A stretch of DNA of 64,000 nucleotides from the human T2T-CHM13v2.0 reference genome, Homo sapiens: NCBI RefSeq assembly GCF_009914755.1, contig NC_060931.1. One strand, given 5' to 3'. Below are positions 40,500-56,170 of this stretch, in pieces; the first letter of the stretch is position 1, and each line of letters begins with the position of its first letter. The notes under the pieces were generated by a model. The model was given only the letters and a program-made list of their open reading frames with translations, was not told where the DNA came from and did not search any database. The translations under genes were made by a program, and so were the position numbers.

Positions 40500-43200
40500 A
40501 ATCCATGTGAATCCTACTTCCCATTGTCTGTCTTTCTCCAAACATTATTCTATTTTCTCTTTTTAATAGTGTAACTACTTTAGATATCCCATATAAGCGG
40601 ATTCATACAGTATTTTTCTTTTTTCGACTGGCTCGTTAAATTTAACATAAAGTCATCAAGATTTATGTTTATGGTAGATGTTAGAAGATGTCTTTTTTTT
40701 TTAAAACTGAGTTACATTCCATTATTTTTATATTCCAAATTATATTTATCCATTCATTTGGTGAGGGAAATTTGGGTTGCTTTTACCTATTGGCTTTTGT
40801 GAATAATGCCACAATAAATGGTGTTAATAACTCATTTAACCATACATGTGAGAGTTTTTATCTGTGCTGTATTCTGTTTTGTTGGTGTAGGGTTTTACTT
40901 TTATGCCAGTACCAAAGTGCTTTGATTACCCTACCCTCATTTTGTATTCTGAAATCATTAAGCACAATGTCTCCAATATTGTTTTCCTTTTTTAAATGGT
41001 CAGTCTCTTTGTGGTTTCTTGATATTCCATATGATTTGGGAGTTGTTTTCCTATTTTTGGAAAAGTGAAATTTGGAATTTGAAAGGGATCATATTGAATG
41101 TGTAGATAGATCAATTTGGTCAGTTTGGCCCTCTTCACAGTATGAAGTCTTCCAGCCTTTGAACAAGAGCATGCTTAAGAGTGTATTGTTTAATTTTCAT
41201 ATTTTGTGATTTTTTTTTGGTTTTCTTTCTGTAAGTGATTTTTAGTTTCATTCAATTTGGCCAAAAATAATAGTGTGTAAGATTCAAGTTTAAAAAACAA
41301 ATTAAGACTTGTTTTGTGAGATAACGGGTGTTGTATCCAGAATTTTCTTATGAGCTATTGAAAAGATTGTGGATTCTGCTGTTGTGTGGCATGTCCTGTA
41401 TATGTGTTTTAGGTGTAATTGCTTTACATTGTTTTCAAGTTCTTTGTTCCCTTATTAATGTTCTGTCATGCTTTATTATTCATTACTGAAAGTATTGAAG
41501 TACTCTCCCCTTGTTATATTACTTCATTTGTGTCAATGCTTGCTTTATATATTTGGGAACCCTGATAGGAGATATAAATAGGTTCCCAGTGAATGAACCA
41601 TTTTATTATAATATAATGTCCTTGGTTGTCTCTTGTGAGTTTTGACTTAAACTATATTTTATAAAATATGACAGCTTTTGACTTAATATAATTAGTTCTG
41701 CATCTCTCATTTGGTTAACACTTCAATGGAATGTCTTTTTCCATCCTGTAGCTTTCAGTCTATTTTCATCATTAGATCTGAGGTGAGGAGACATGGAGAC
41801 ATGACATAGGTGAATTTTGTTCTCTAAATTAAAAAAAATCCCTTTATTTAATATTTGCCTTTTGATTGGGAAGTTTACTCCATGAATATTTTAATACTTT
41901 TCTAAAAGGAAATGACTTGCAATTACCATTTTATTGTTTTATTTGACTGTTGTAGCTACTTTGTCCCTATTTACTTTGTATTCCTTTGTGTCTTGTTGAT
42001 ATTTGCAGTGACATGCTTTGCTTTTTTATTTTCTATTGTGTATCTGCATTTTCTTTATGGTTCCCATGTAAATTACATAAAATCTCTTAAAGCTACAACT
42101 GTATATTTTAAACTGGTAACAACTTGCACTCAGTTGCATATAAACATTCTTGCTCATTACATCTGCCCTCAAATTATAATGTCACTAAGTATATCATATA
42201 TTAATGGGTGTTTTAATTTTCATGATGTCTTTCAAATTTTAAAGCACAATTGTTTTCTGCCTAATTTTTATCATACTACAAAGTATTATTTTTATGTATG
42301 TGCATATCTTTCCCAGTGAGTTGTGTATTTTTATCTGATTTGTTTTTTTTCTATCATTCCAAATTTTCAATGGGAAAGACTTCTTTTTGCATTTCTGGTA
42401 GGACAGTTATACTGGTGAGGTACTTTCTCAGCATTTAGTTATCTTGGGAAATCTTTATTTTTAAAAATTTTGTAGGACAATTTTGCTAAAAGGTTTTGTT
42501 CCTTCAGCACATGGACTATATAACCCAACTCCCCTCTTGTCTGCAGGGTTTTTGTTCAAAAATTCACTGGTAATCTTGCAGGAGCATGCATACAGATGAT
42601 ACATCTCTTGACTTTCTGCATTCAAGATTATCTTCTTTTCTGTGACTTTCAAGACTTTGCTTATATTGTGTCTTGTTATGAGTCTCTTTATCCAAGTTGA
42701 AGTTTGTTGAGCTTCACGTTTAGTATTTTTTTTTCTTACACTGGATAATTTGTCAGTCATTTTTTTGTATACTTCTGCTCTAAAATTTGTTTCTTTTTGT
42801 CATTTTATTGATATTCTTATTTTCCTGATTACAGTTAGTTTTCTTGGTTCCCATTTTACACATTGAGCATAATTGAGATGGTTCTTTTGATTTTTCTAAG
42901 GCAATTTATACATCCTTATTTCTTTAGGGTTGATTTCTGCACACTTGTTTCTTTGATTGGACCATGTTAGTCTGACACTTTATATATATTGTAACATTTG
43001 GTTGAGATATGTACATTAAAAAAAGTCAGCTGTCACAGTCTGTATAAAGGGGCTTACTTCCCTGCAGTGTCTGACATCACTTTACCGAGCTAGATATTGA
43101 GAATTTCTCAAACCTGTTCTTAAGATGTCTCTTCCCTAGATTTTTGTTCCCTTTATTGAGTTATGTGGATTTGCCCATGTTTCTGCTGAAGAGCCTGTAA
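40500..43200 (-). mobile_element. Old L1M fragments forming the last intron of the ZNF pseudogene
   Basis: T-rich antisense L1-like blocks (ttttatgccagtacca, tattctgctgttg, ggacagttatactggtg). Confidence 0.6.
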
Positions 43201-43759
43201 TTAATTGGTACACCTGCTGTTTCTCTGTGGTCCTACAGTCTCTCTGCTGCTGTAACAATCATTTACCTTGTGTCTCACAGACACTCACCTGTCATTCAAA
43301 GTATAGCACCATTTCTTTCAGCACTCTGTGTCACAGTAGACAGAAACCAGTCTTTGGAAAGATCCCTCAAAGCCAGAAGTATGGACACATGTGCCACTTT
43401 TTTTCACTTTTGAGAGAGAAGCCAGGAGTTGAGAGTTTACACTTAAAGGCATTATTTTATATTAGGGAGGAGGTGTGGCTGTGGTGGGTAAATGTAACAA
43501 ATGTTCTTTTGTCTTCTATGTGGCTTTTCGCATCGTTCTCATCTGTGGCACTGCAATCTCTTAACCGGTTTTTAGAGATTTTACAAAGGCATTTTGTCCA
43601 ATATATTTTTGTTAAGTTTACATGTCTACGAAGGAGTTTGGACTTGTGGTATTATGCCATCTTATTGTGCTTGGTATAATTTTATATTTTGTATTTGTAA
43701 AGTATATTCACCTGAGTCTAATAAGTTTATTTTTCTTTATTTATTTTTATTTCTTTTAG

Positions 43760-44659
<900 letters not shown>

Positions 44660-44660
<1 letters not shown>

Positions 44661-46630
44661 TAATGAATGCTGACATCACAATCTACATTGTTGATTTCAT
44701 ACTAAATAAAATTGGTATAAATATAATGACTGTTGAAAGATCTTTCACAAAATATAACCCTTAAAATGCACAAGATTATTTTACTGAAGAAAAACATTAC
44801 AAATATAAAGAAAGGCCCAATACCTTACTTATATCACAGATTTTATTGTACACTGAAGAATTTATACCGAAGGGAAACTCTCCAGGAGTTCCTCAAACTT
44901 TATATTGAGGAGAAACTCTATGGATGTAATTAATGTGGAAAAACTTTTGTTCCATACATATACCTCATAAAACACTGGAGAGTTTCTACTATAACATATT
45001 ATACAGATTTAAATAATGTGAAAAAGTAAAGTAGAAATCAAGCCAAAGTAAATGTCATAGATTGACAGTAGAAAGGACTAAGGCAATAACGTTTTGAGGC
45101 ATTACTCTAATCATGTTGATTACAGAGAATAATTTAAAATAGGTTGCTTACTTGTATGTAAGTTTAAATGGAGAAGGATATTGATTTTCTCTTTGGACAG
45201 ATATAATTACAATGATACTTTTTGGAATTGAAATAATTTTAGTTGTTTTGAAAAGCAAATATTTATGCAAATTAAACACAAATTTCTTGATGTTATATCT
45301 TCATTTCTAGTGCTTATGTGAAAGCATGTGGTCAATGGTTTCTGCATCAGAGCTCTGAGACAACTTTCTCTATTAGGTGAGCACCATTAATACACTTTTC
45401 CGTGGAACACTAAGGACATTTAAACGTACGACTCATGAAGAAAATCTAAGTGGAGAGGACGGTTATAATAGTGTTGTGATTCTTGAGGTAGGTGTTCAGG
45501 GTAATGTTATTCTGCATTGTAGTATAAGAGAAGAATTTTGAATCTTAGAAGTAAATTATTTTACCAGTTACACATTAAAATAATGAAATGCAGTGGAGTT
45601 TAAAGTACTTTTTGAGATAATGTTTGAACTTAATTTATTTTAATGGAATAAAATTGTTTTTAATGTGTTAAGACTGTTTTCCATTGAATGAAATGCATCC
45701 TGCCACCAACGTTAACCTATCCCACCTTATCGCATGTTGTAGATAACTGATGGTAACAATATACTATTGGATAGCATAGTAGAGGATAACATAGTACAAA
45801 GACATATTTTGTAATCCCTTTTCCCAGTGGAATGTTGTTACTAGAGGTAATACTTTCATTTTTTTTCTTTTTGTAACTACAGGATCATTATTATGGTTAT
45901 AATACAGATTGCATGAGTATGATAAAGCATTTTCACATATTTCTGAATTCTGAATGACTATTTCAAAATTTTTATTTGACATTTTTTCTGAATATGCTCA
46001 CTCTAATCTGCAAAACACAGATTTTTAGTTTTGATTTACATGGGTTTACATACACAAATATATCACTTTATAGGTAAACTTCAGGTGGAAGAGATTTGTG
46101 GTGAATGTAACTATGCTTGTGTGTGAGTGTGTGCCTATTTTTACAAAAAAGACAAACTTTAGATCAATGCAGATAATTTTTAAAAGTGTTGATAATTTAC
46201 TAGGCAGATCAAAACCTCAAAGATTCTGAAAACAAATATATTTTCTCTGCTTTGTACTAAATTCATTTATCTAAAATCTTATGGCCCCTTGGCTCAGAAT
46301 CTCCATGGAAGTCCTCTGTTTTTTTTCTTTTCCATCTTTTATGCTGTACCTAGTATATAATTTTCTCATTCCAAGGTTCATGAAGTATTCTTTTTATGAT
46401 GTCCTCTGTGATTATAAGAATGACTTTTATGAAATTTAATCGTGCTCAGAAAATAACTGTTAGATGTTGGTGTTTCTACAGTGAGTGTTTTAAGTTACAT
46501 TCCATCCTTTCTCTTTTAATTGGAGAACTCCATTTAAGCCACTTTTTCTTTCGTGATTCTTCTTTTCGTAATGGACATAGTCAAGTTTATTGAGCCAATT
46601 TGTTTATGTAAACAATAGAAGGCTTCATAC
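44660..46630 (+). pseudogene. AT-rich 3'UTR-like region of the ZNF pseudogene
   Basis: Degenerate finger remnants (gagaaactctatggatgtaattaatgtggaaaaac) then AT-rich sequence typical of this family; end approximate. Confidence 0.55.
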
Positions 46631-47625
46631 ATTATGAGGTTGTTTTGGCACATAAATGAACACACACAGGGCAGTGCTCGCTGTGTAATAGAAGTTCCAT
46701 AATTAGCAGTAAACATGCAGAGGCCCAGGGACTGTCATCTTTGTTCACTGAGTTATGCCAAACATCTAGAAAACTGACTTTACACATTGTGCTGAAAACG
46801 TATGTATTGAATAAACAAACCTCAACAATAATCTCCTCAGATATCTGAGTTGGGTTGGGACTCCTCTTCAGCACCCTGGGAAGTTTGTTCATTCTGTGTC
46901 AAGGACAAAATCCAGCTAGAAGGAATCCCAAATATGGCTTACCAATGCAAAAATAGCTTTGCTTTCTAGGTGCATCTTCCAAATTTTGAGGGACACAGGC
47001 CAATGAGACAGAGAACTTCTTGGGCAAAAAGACAGAAAAAAGATATATAAGCAACCAGAGCATCCTAAGCAGCTTTTGTACAGAGACAGGCACTCGGCAT
47101 CTGCTTGCTGCATCTTACGCCATTTAGTCCCTACAAGAACTCTATGAAGTTCATCTTCCCACTTTTCTGAGGCATAGACAGGCTCAGAGAGCTGCAGTGA
47201 TATCCTTAGCACCCACCTGGTAGCTTGCAGAGTCACCACTGTGTCTTGGAGGAGAGAGACACCTACTAAATAACTGGCCCAGGAACTGTGGATTGGTGGT
47301 GAAGTCCTGGTAGGAGCTCAGGAAGGTGGTAAAGGAGAAGGTGGTTCTACCTGGAGTACAATGTTGAGTAGTACCAGAGCCTCCTTCAGCTTCTTCCTTG
47401 TACCTGTCTGGGAGTATCTGCGTAATTCTTATCTGAAGGTTTAGGGTAGACTTATTTTTATATGGTGGGAAACAAGAAAAGACATATGGTCAGTGACAGC
47501 ACAGTGAACCACTGGCAGATTGGGGGCTGAGCCTTATACCAGGAAGCTCCTATTCTTCAGAGACTCGTGCATGTCAAGGACACAGGTGTCCACAGTGAAA
47601 AAGGTTATAGGCTTCCAAAGTTTTA

Positions 47626-48005
<380 letters not shown>

Positions 48006-48299
48006 TCAGAAAAACGTTTCCCATCATTAGCTAAAAATTATGAAAGACACTGGAGTCACAAGCTTGGGTAGGCACAACAATTTATTGTGGATGGAAATAG
48101 CTCATTTAGAGTTGGATCAGAACAAGGCCAGAAAGCACAAATAGGAAGCATGAACTGATGGTCTAGACTTCCATATTGAGTACCTCTCCTTGAGCTTATA
48201 CTTAGGGCATGATGGATATTCCATCCGATCAGCTTACAGATAAGACAGTCAGACGTGGCTCACAGATAGGTTAATATACTTAGTATTACTTAATATTAG

Positions 48300-48617
<318 letters not shown>

Positions 48618-48769
48618 CATGACTCATTGTAATGCTCGCTAGAGAACATCTTCCCCACAGTGGTTGGTTAGTGACCAGATGGATGGGATGACTCAGCGAT
48701 GATGGGTGTTAGTCATTCTCTGTCTTAGGCTACATTGGCGCTTATACAATTGACTAAAGAGTTGGTCAG

Positions 48770-49118
<349 letters not shown>

Positions 49119-49417
49119 CTAGTTGTTGCTATTGCTGAATATTTAGCTTGCTAGCAGCAAAGATTGGCTCTGAGCATGTATTACAGTGCCATCTGTGAGA
49201 AACTCCTCTAGTTATTAGGTGGCAAGTTGATTAAACTGATCTTCCTTCAACCTAGAGATGAAAGCATTTTGCGTTTATTTGAATTATTACCTATTCCCAA
49301 CATGGTCTGTCTTCCCTGGCCTTGGTGCCTCTGCTGGCACTACCATACAAGGGTGAAGGAATGCCTGATTTACTGATACGGAATTACCAACCACATTGCT
49401 TCAAATCAAGAGATCCA

Positions 49418-49609
49418 TTAGGTTGGAGCAAAGGTAATTCCCGTTTTTGCCATTACTTTTAAAGTATTCCTTGTGCCGCACTTTACATTCCCTTATTTTA
49501 TCTTTTGTCTGATTTGCCAATGTATAAATTGACAGTACCTTGACTCACATGCAGTACATGGGTCACTACTTTTAATGGCAAAAACCGCAATTATTTTTGC
49601 ATCAACCTA
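49418..49609. mobile_element. MADE1 (Hsmar1 mariner MITE) with a ~103-bp internal insert
   Basis: ttaggttggagcaaaggtaattcccgtttttgccattacttttaa ... tacttttaatggcaaaaaccgcaattatttttgcatcaaccta. Confidence 0.88.
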
Positions 49610-50517
49610 GGATTTTTTTGGAATTGTGACAAAGCGTGCATGACCATGGGATCCACTGCTTCTATCATAAATGACATCACCCTGAAGCAGCCACTCCAGT
49701 ACAATATGTAAATGATCTGCTAAAGTCTTGGTGAAGGTGCCGGCTCAAGGGAAGAAAATCCTGTTGTGTTGGAGACTTGTCCTCCAGGATGCAGTATATG
49801 CAGTGAAGCCAATCTATGGTGTCCCCAAGAAACTCCAATGCCTGGGGCCAGGAACCAAGCAGTGAAAGTGGGTTTGGATCCTCTCACTATCACTCTTCAT
49901 GACGCATTTAAAATATTTATGACTCTTCTTCCCAAAACTTTAGTCCCTGATGGAAAAGAAGTTCTGGTTTCTAAGGAGGAAATTCTTCCCCTAGGGGTCA
50001 CAGTAAGAATTCCACTAATCTTGAAACCACAGCTATCACCTGGGCATGTTGGATTCTTCATTTGTGTGGACCAAGAGGCAAAAAAAAATCAATTTTAGAA
50101 GAAATATTGTATTAATACTTTCCTGATTACCATGAGAAAATGAGGCTATGGCTACACATTAGTGAGCAGAAAATGAGCAATAAGATTCTTCTTGGTGCTT
50201 CTATGCTCAGAGATAGCTGGAGATGGCAAGTGCAGCAAACCTGGTTCAGGAAGAGCAAAGCAAAGAAGGTTTCAGACCCCTTGCACAAAAAGATCTTGTA
50301 GTAAGTATTCCAGACTTACTAAGGTGCTGGCCGAAGTGAAGAGTGTTTAAAAGAATGGTCGATTGAAGAGATAGATCTATTGCACTCTCAAGACCAGTTG
50401 CAATAGCAGGAATTGTAGCTTAGTCCATTAACCCACTATATTAAAGATTGCTGCCAGCTGTCTGCCACCTTGAAAAGGTCTGAGACAGACTGAAGTTAGT
50501 GGTGAGCTTGAGCAGTT

Positions 50518-52326
50518 TGTAGTCATGCAACTATACTGGGAATACACTGTGCCCCAGTTTACATACCCTTAGTTCATCTTCTGCCTCATTTGTCCGTATA
50601 TAAACTGACAGTACCTTGAGTCAGGTGCACTGCAGGGGTCTTGCTTTTGCATCAAGAGCTTCTTTGATGTTGCAGCATGGGACCCATAGAGGAATCCTGT
50701 GGACACTTATGTGTGCATATTCTGGAGGTATGGAAACATTAACACCCCATGGGGCAATCCTTAACCAACTAAGAAGTGGACCAGTGAATTAATGCTTTTC
50801 TGACTCTCAGGTTACCAGTCCTAAAGTTCATAGCCCAGCCCCAATTTCCCTTAGCAGTGACTAGCTTGATAAATCACCCTTGTATTGATTTTGCTTCTGT
50901 ATTAGATAGCTTTTGTTGTATAACAAACCATTCCAGATCTTAGTTGCTTAAGATAACAACCATTTATTTGGCTCATAAATGTGTGGATCAGATGGGCGTT
51001 CTGCTTATCTATTCCAGAATTAGCTGATCTCAGCTGGGCTGGCTCATGCATTCTGTGGGCAGGTGCTGAGTCAGATGGGTACAGGATAGGCTAGGGCAGC
51101 CCCTGCTGGGATGTCATTGTGGTTTCTTGTTCTTCATCAGGCTAGCCTGGGCTTCTTCACATTGTAGGTTGCAGCAAAAGGAAGTGTGCAAATCCTGTTG
51201 ATGTCTAGGCTGAAACTGAAACAATGTCACTCCTGATCCATTCTATTTGTCCCAGAAAATCACAAGGTTAGCCCAGATTCAAATATACTCTATCTCTGGA
51301 TGAAAGGAGCCACAAGGCTGCATTGCAGATGAACTTATACACAGTGAAGTGAATAATGGCAACCATTTTTGCAAATATTTGGCTACACTTTCTATGTCTG
51401 TGAGTTTGATGTGTCAACTTGGGTAGGCTGTTGCACCCAGCTATTTAATCAAAGAGGAATCTAGATGTTGCTGTGAAGGTATTTTTAAGACGTGGTTAAC
51501 ATCCATAACCACTTCTCTTTAAGTAAGGGGGATTACCCTTAGTAATGTGGCTGTGTCAGAGGTGTTTAAACCAGAGCAACTGCGTCTTAAATAGGAGCTG
51601 GGTAAAATGAGGCTGAGACCTACTGGGCTGCATTCCCAGATGGTTAAGGCCTTCGAAGTCACAGGATGAGACAGGAGGTCAGCACAAGATACAGGCCTTG
51701 CTGATAAACCAGGTTGCAGTAAAGAAGCCAGCCAAAACTCACCAAAACCAAGATGGCCACAAGAGTGACCTCTGGTCACCCTCACTACTACACTCCCACC
51801 AGCACCATGATGGTTTACAAATGCCATGGTAACATCACGAAGTTACCCTATATGGTATAAAAGGGGAAGCATGAATAATCCACCCCTTGTTTAGCATATC
51901 ATCAAGAAATAATCATAAAAATGGGCAACCCATGGCCCTCGGGGCTGCTCTGTTTATGAAGTAGCCATTCTTTACTATTTTCCTTTCCTAATAAACTTGC
52001 CTTCACTTTACTCTATGGACTCACCCTGAATTCTTTCTTGTGTGACATCCAAGAACCCTCTCTTGGGGTCTGGATCGAGACCCCTTTCCTGTAACAGCAG
52101 GGCCTCATCCCATCATTTGAAAGACCTTAAGAGTTAGAACTGAGATTTCTCAAAGAAGAAGAAATACTGTCTCGAGGCCGCAGCATCTGTTCACCCTTGA
52201 GTGTCCAGGCTGCTGGCCTGTCCTGTGGATTTCAGACTTGCCAGTTCCTATCATTGCATGAGCCTATCCTTAAAATAAATCTCTTAATATTTTATAGATA
52301 GATGTAGACAGATCTAATGTTTTATG

Positions 52327-52365
<39 letters not shown>

Positions 52366-52540
52366 TGATTGATTGACTAATTTTCTTTTTCTGGAATGCA
52401 CTGGCTGACATAACTTCCTTCTCCATGTCCCTTTTCCAAGATCTCCTTTCCTATTCCCTGGGATGACTTCCCAAAATAAACTGCCCAGAATAAGCCCTTG
52501 TCTGAGTTTCTGCTTTTTGAGAGAACTCAGCCTAAGCTGG
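50518..52540 (+). mobile_element. LTR33-like ERVL LTR split by MLT1 (~50898-51388) and MLT2 (~51399-52390)
   Basis: tgtagtcatgcaa start; attaacaccccatggggcaatccttaaccaa; resumes ~52391 with aaaataaactgccc...gagaactcagcctaag. Confidence 0.65.
51554..52096 (+). mobile_element. MER41A-type solo LTR inserted in MLT2
   Basis: tgtcagaggtgtttaaaccagagcaact...cccctttcctgtaaca; 4-bp TSD gctg/gcag. Confidence 0.85.
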
Positions 52541-53402
52541 TAGGTATTTGGAAAAAAAAAAGTCACTTTTGCATTGTTTCAGGAAAAGCCTGTGATACGC
52601 CATTTTTTGTCTGACCATAAGGACTTGTTATTCAGAGAGAAGTTCACAAATACTGCAACTGAACCCGAGTAATATATATGTACTTGAAGCTTTATTGGAA
52701 AATTAAAAATGCAAATGGAAGATGTCAGAGCCATGAGCTGGGAACAGTGTCACCAACATGTGTTACGATGGAAGATTATATTTGTCTTTGAGGTCATCGG
52801 GATTCTCAGTTATATGAAAGGCTGGTAGGGAGGATTAGCAGCACCACATTCTGCTGAATGTCCTCTACAACCTTCCCCCACAAATCCAAAATTTGACAAT
52901 TTATCATCACCTCCAGAGCTCTTATTCTGGTAACCAGCCACTGTCATTTCTTACCTGGATTATCACAGCCACCTAACCGATCTCTGTGATTCTACCCTCA
53001 GTCCCTTTCAGTGTATTCTTACCCCACAGATCAGAGGGAACCCCGGTAAAATGCTAAGTCAGATCACACAATTCCTCAACTCACAATCCCACCAAACTTC
53101 CATTGTTCTCAGGGTAAAAAGCGACACACAGCAGTTTTCAAGGCTCAACATGATCAGGCCCCCATTTAACTCTAGTCTCATGTCCTGTTCTTTCCTTCTC
53201 TCACTTCAGCAACCCTGGCCTCATTGCTGCTCCCCAAACACCCTAGACATGCTTATGTTCTAAAACCATGCTGCCTACTCCCCCCAAGGTGCTGTTCCCC
53301 CAAGTGTCTACATGGCCTCCACATTCACATCTCCAAGGGACACCATGTGCATTGTAGCACAGACACACAACATGTTGGAGATTTGTTAGCCAATCCCATA
53401 AC

Positions 53403-53745
53403 TTTCTTTTTCTTTTCTTTGATTGAGACAGGGGCTCACTGTGTTGCACAGGCTGGAGTGCAGTGACAGGATTATAGCTGATTGCAGCGACAGGATCATA
53501 GCTGATTGTAGCCTCAAACTCCTGGGCTCAAATGATCCTCCCACCTCAGCCTCCCACATAGCTGGGACTATAGGTGTACACCACCACACCTGGCTAATTT
53601 TAGAAATTTATTTGTAGCAATGGGGTCTCACTATGTTGCCCAGGCTGATCTCAAACTCCTGGCCTCAAACTCCTGGCCTCAAGTGATCCTCCTGCCTTGG
53701 CCTCGTAAAGTACTGGTATTACAGGCATGAGACACCATGCCCAGC
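53403..53745 (-). mobile_element. AluJ with internal 24-bp and 14-bp tandem duplications
   Basis: gcagtgacaggattatagctgatt x2; ctcaaactcctggc x2. Confidence 0.85.
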
Positions 53746-55094
53746 CTCCCTAACCTTCAAGTTGGGGAAATAGAGGAACAGATAGGTTGAATGGCTTCCC
53801 CAGGGTCTCACATCTGATAGGAAAACTGGCAAAAGTAACCCTGTTTCACAGACCCCATGTTGCAAGAGATGTTTTACAGAATAATTTCATTTAGAGAAAG
53901 AGAGCTTGGCAACTGATCATCCAGAGAACATTTTCCTCCATGTACCTAGGTATTGCCTGGTTCTATTAGAGAATTGTGATGTAGAGGGTGATTAATGCAT
54001 ATTTAATCCCATACTGTGTGGGACACAGAGCTGGAAACCTCGCCCCCCACCCCCTAACCTCCACATCAACCTCTTCAAATACAAGCTCAGTAGCACGAAT
54101 CCCCATGTGAAATGACTAGGGAGAGAAGCCGATGCCAGACTTGTACTTTGTCTCTGTCTCATATTCACTATTCCCTGGCAGGTGCTGAGAACGACTCATT
54201 CCCCCTACTCCTCTGAAAATGTCCCTTTCATGTTTCATAAACAACAGCTTTGCTGTGCCATTGTCTCTGTTAGTTATTTTCATAATTCGTAATTATCTTC
54301 CTTCTTAAAATGTAGACATACATTGAAAAGCATGATCCAATCCAGTTTGATTGCCGCCACATTGTGTTCAAAGTCAATACCATTCATTTGGCTTTTGAGG
54401 CTGTTGAATGAATTTTCCACATGAGATTCTTTAATTTGTACATATTTTATTGCTATAAAACAGGTATTGGCAAGCTGCCTAAACTGCAGTGAAGGCCTTT
54501 GATTCCTGTGACTCTGTGATAAAACAAACTGAGTGCGAACTGAGAGGCTTAAGATAGAACACTTGAAACGGATTCGACTCCTTTTGCTAAACCAAGTTTC
54601 CCCAGGTGTGAGACACAGGTAAGATTAAGGTAGCTTAGTTCAGGCTGAGAGCTCAGAAGTGTTTTAGCATTTGTATAAAAATGATAATGTCCCTCCATGA
54701 CAGCAAACCTTTCTCTTTCCTTGATCTATTATTCCTTGGAGAAAGGATGTTTGGAGAGAAAATGTTATTAACATTTTTCATCCATGGTGATGAAAAATCC
54801 AGTTAGGTGCAAAACAGAGCCAGGGAATTCTTGGGCACAGTAGAGACCTGGGCCAGGTGTTATGTGACCTGGCAGGGAGTCGGGAGGCAGAGTGTCCGGT
54901 AAGGAGCTCTGGCAAGCTGTGTGACCTTTGGAAAGCCTTCTACCTGTCTGAATCCAATTTGCTGCCTTGTAAAATTAAGAGGTTGGGAGACGTGATTCCT
55001 ATATTTAATTTGTAATTTGCTTTTCTGAGGTTATCAGTACCTTGGGTTTACTCCAGGTCTTTTGACTGAGACTTCCTCTAGGGTTTTTTGTTTT

Positions 55095-55515
55095 TGTTTC
55101 TGTGATTTTGGTATACAATGAAGGGGTCCAAGTGCAATTTTGTTACATGCATATATTGCATAGTAATAAAGTCTTGGCTTTTAGTGTGTCCATCACCCAA
55201 GTAATGTACATTGTACCTATTAAGCAATTTCTCATCCCTCAGCCCCCACTCACCCTCCCACCTTTCAGAGTTTCCAATATCTATAATTCCACACTCCTTT
55301 TACATGTATATACATTTATTTAGCTCCCACTTATAAGTGAGGACATGTGACATTTGTGTTTGTGTTTCTGAGTTGTTTTGCATGAAATAGTGGCCTCTAG
55401 TTCTATCTATCTTGCTGCAAAAGACATAATTTTGCTGTGTTTTATGGATGAATAGTATTCCATTATGTATATATATAAAACACAGGTTCTTTATCCAATC
55501 ATCCATTGATGGACA
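55095..55515 (-). mobile_element. L1MA-type 3' end
   Basis: ttagctcccacttataagtgaggacatg...tttatccaatcatccattgatggaca. Confidence 0.8.
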
Positions 55516-55762
55516 CAAATTGTTGTTTCTTATGCATAGGAAACAGGAAGTGAGATGGTAGGAGGTTAAGCTGTAGAAAGGATTCAAGTGTTTGGTAGAT
55601 GACCTTCAAGGTTTTTTCTAATCCAGAAATTCTTTGATTCCATGTGATCAATGGACATTTTTCCTGGCTTCATCAGTGGAATTTTCACCACCTTCCAGTC
55701 CAAATCCTTCCGGCCATTTCAGGTTTTCATGGGCATGTGCACAAGCTTAGGCATTTATTGTC

Positions 55763-56170
55763 TGTGTTAGTCCAGACACACTTTGCATTGCTATAAAGGA
55801 ATACCTGAGACTGGATAATTGATCAAGGAAAGAGGTGTATTTGGGTCCCAGTTCTGCAGGCTGTATAAGCATGGTGCCAGCTTCTGCTTGGCTTCTGGCA
55901 AGACTTCAGGAGGCTTTCACTCATGGGGTAAGGTGAAAGGGGAGCAGGTGTGTCGCATGGCTGGAGAGGAAGCGGGAGAGAGATGGGGGTGGTCCCAAAC
56001 TCTTTTTAACAATCAGATTTCATGGTAACTTATTACCATAGTGAGGGCACACAACCATTCATGAAGGATCTGCCTCCTGTACCCAAACACCTCCCACCAG
56101 GCCCCAACTCCAACACTGGCGATCACATTTCAACATGAGATTTGGAGGGGCAAACATCCAAACTATGGCA
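55763..56170 (-). mobile_element. MST-type MaLR LTR
   Basis: ttgcattgctataaaggaatacctgagactgg...caacatgagatttggaggggcaaacatccaaacta. Confidence 0.85.

Noticed and set aside
49472-50640. Repeat pairs (also 40180/42814) as DGR-like template/variable repeats
   Set aside because: Mismatches are not adenine-specific on either strand and there is no target ORF.
54530-54590. B-box-like ggattcgactcc suggesting a tRNA gene
   Set aside because: Cannot fold a cloverleaf; no convincing A box or acceptor stem.
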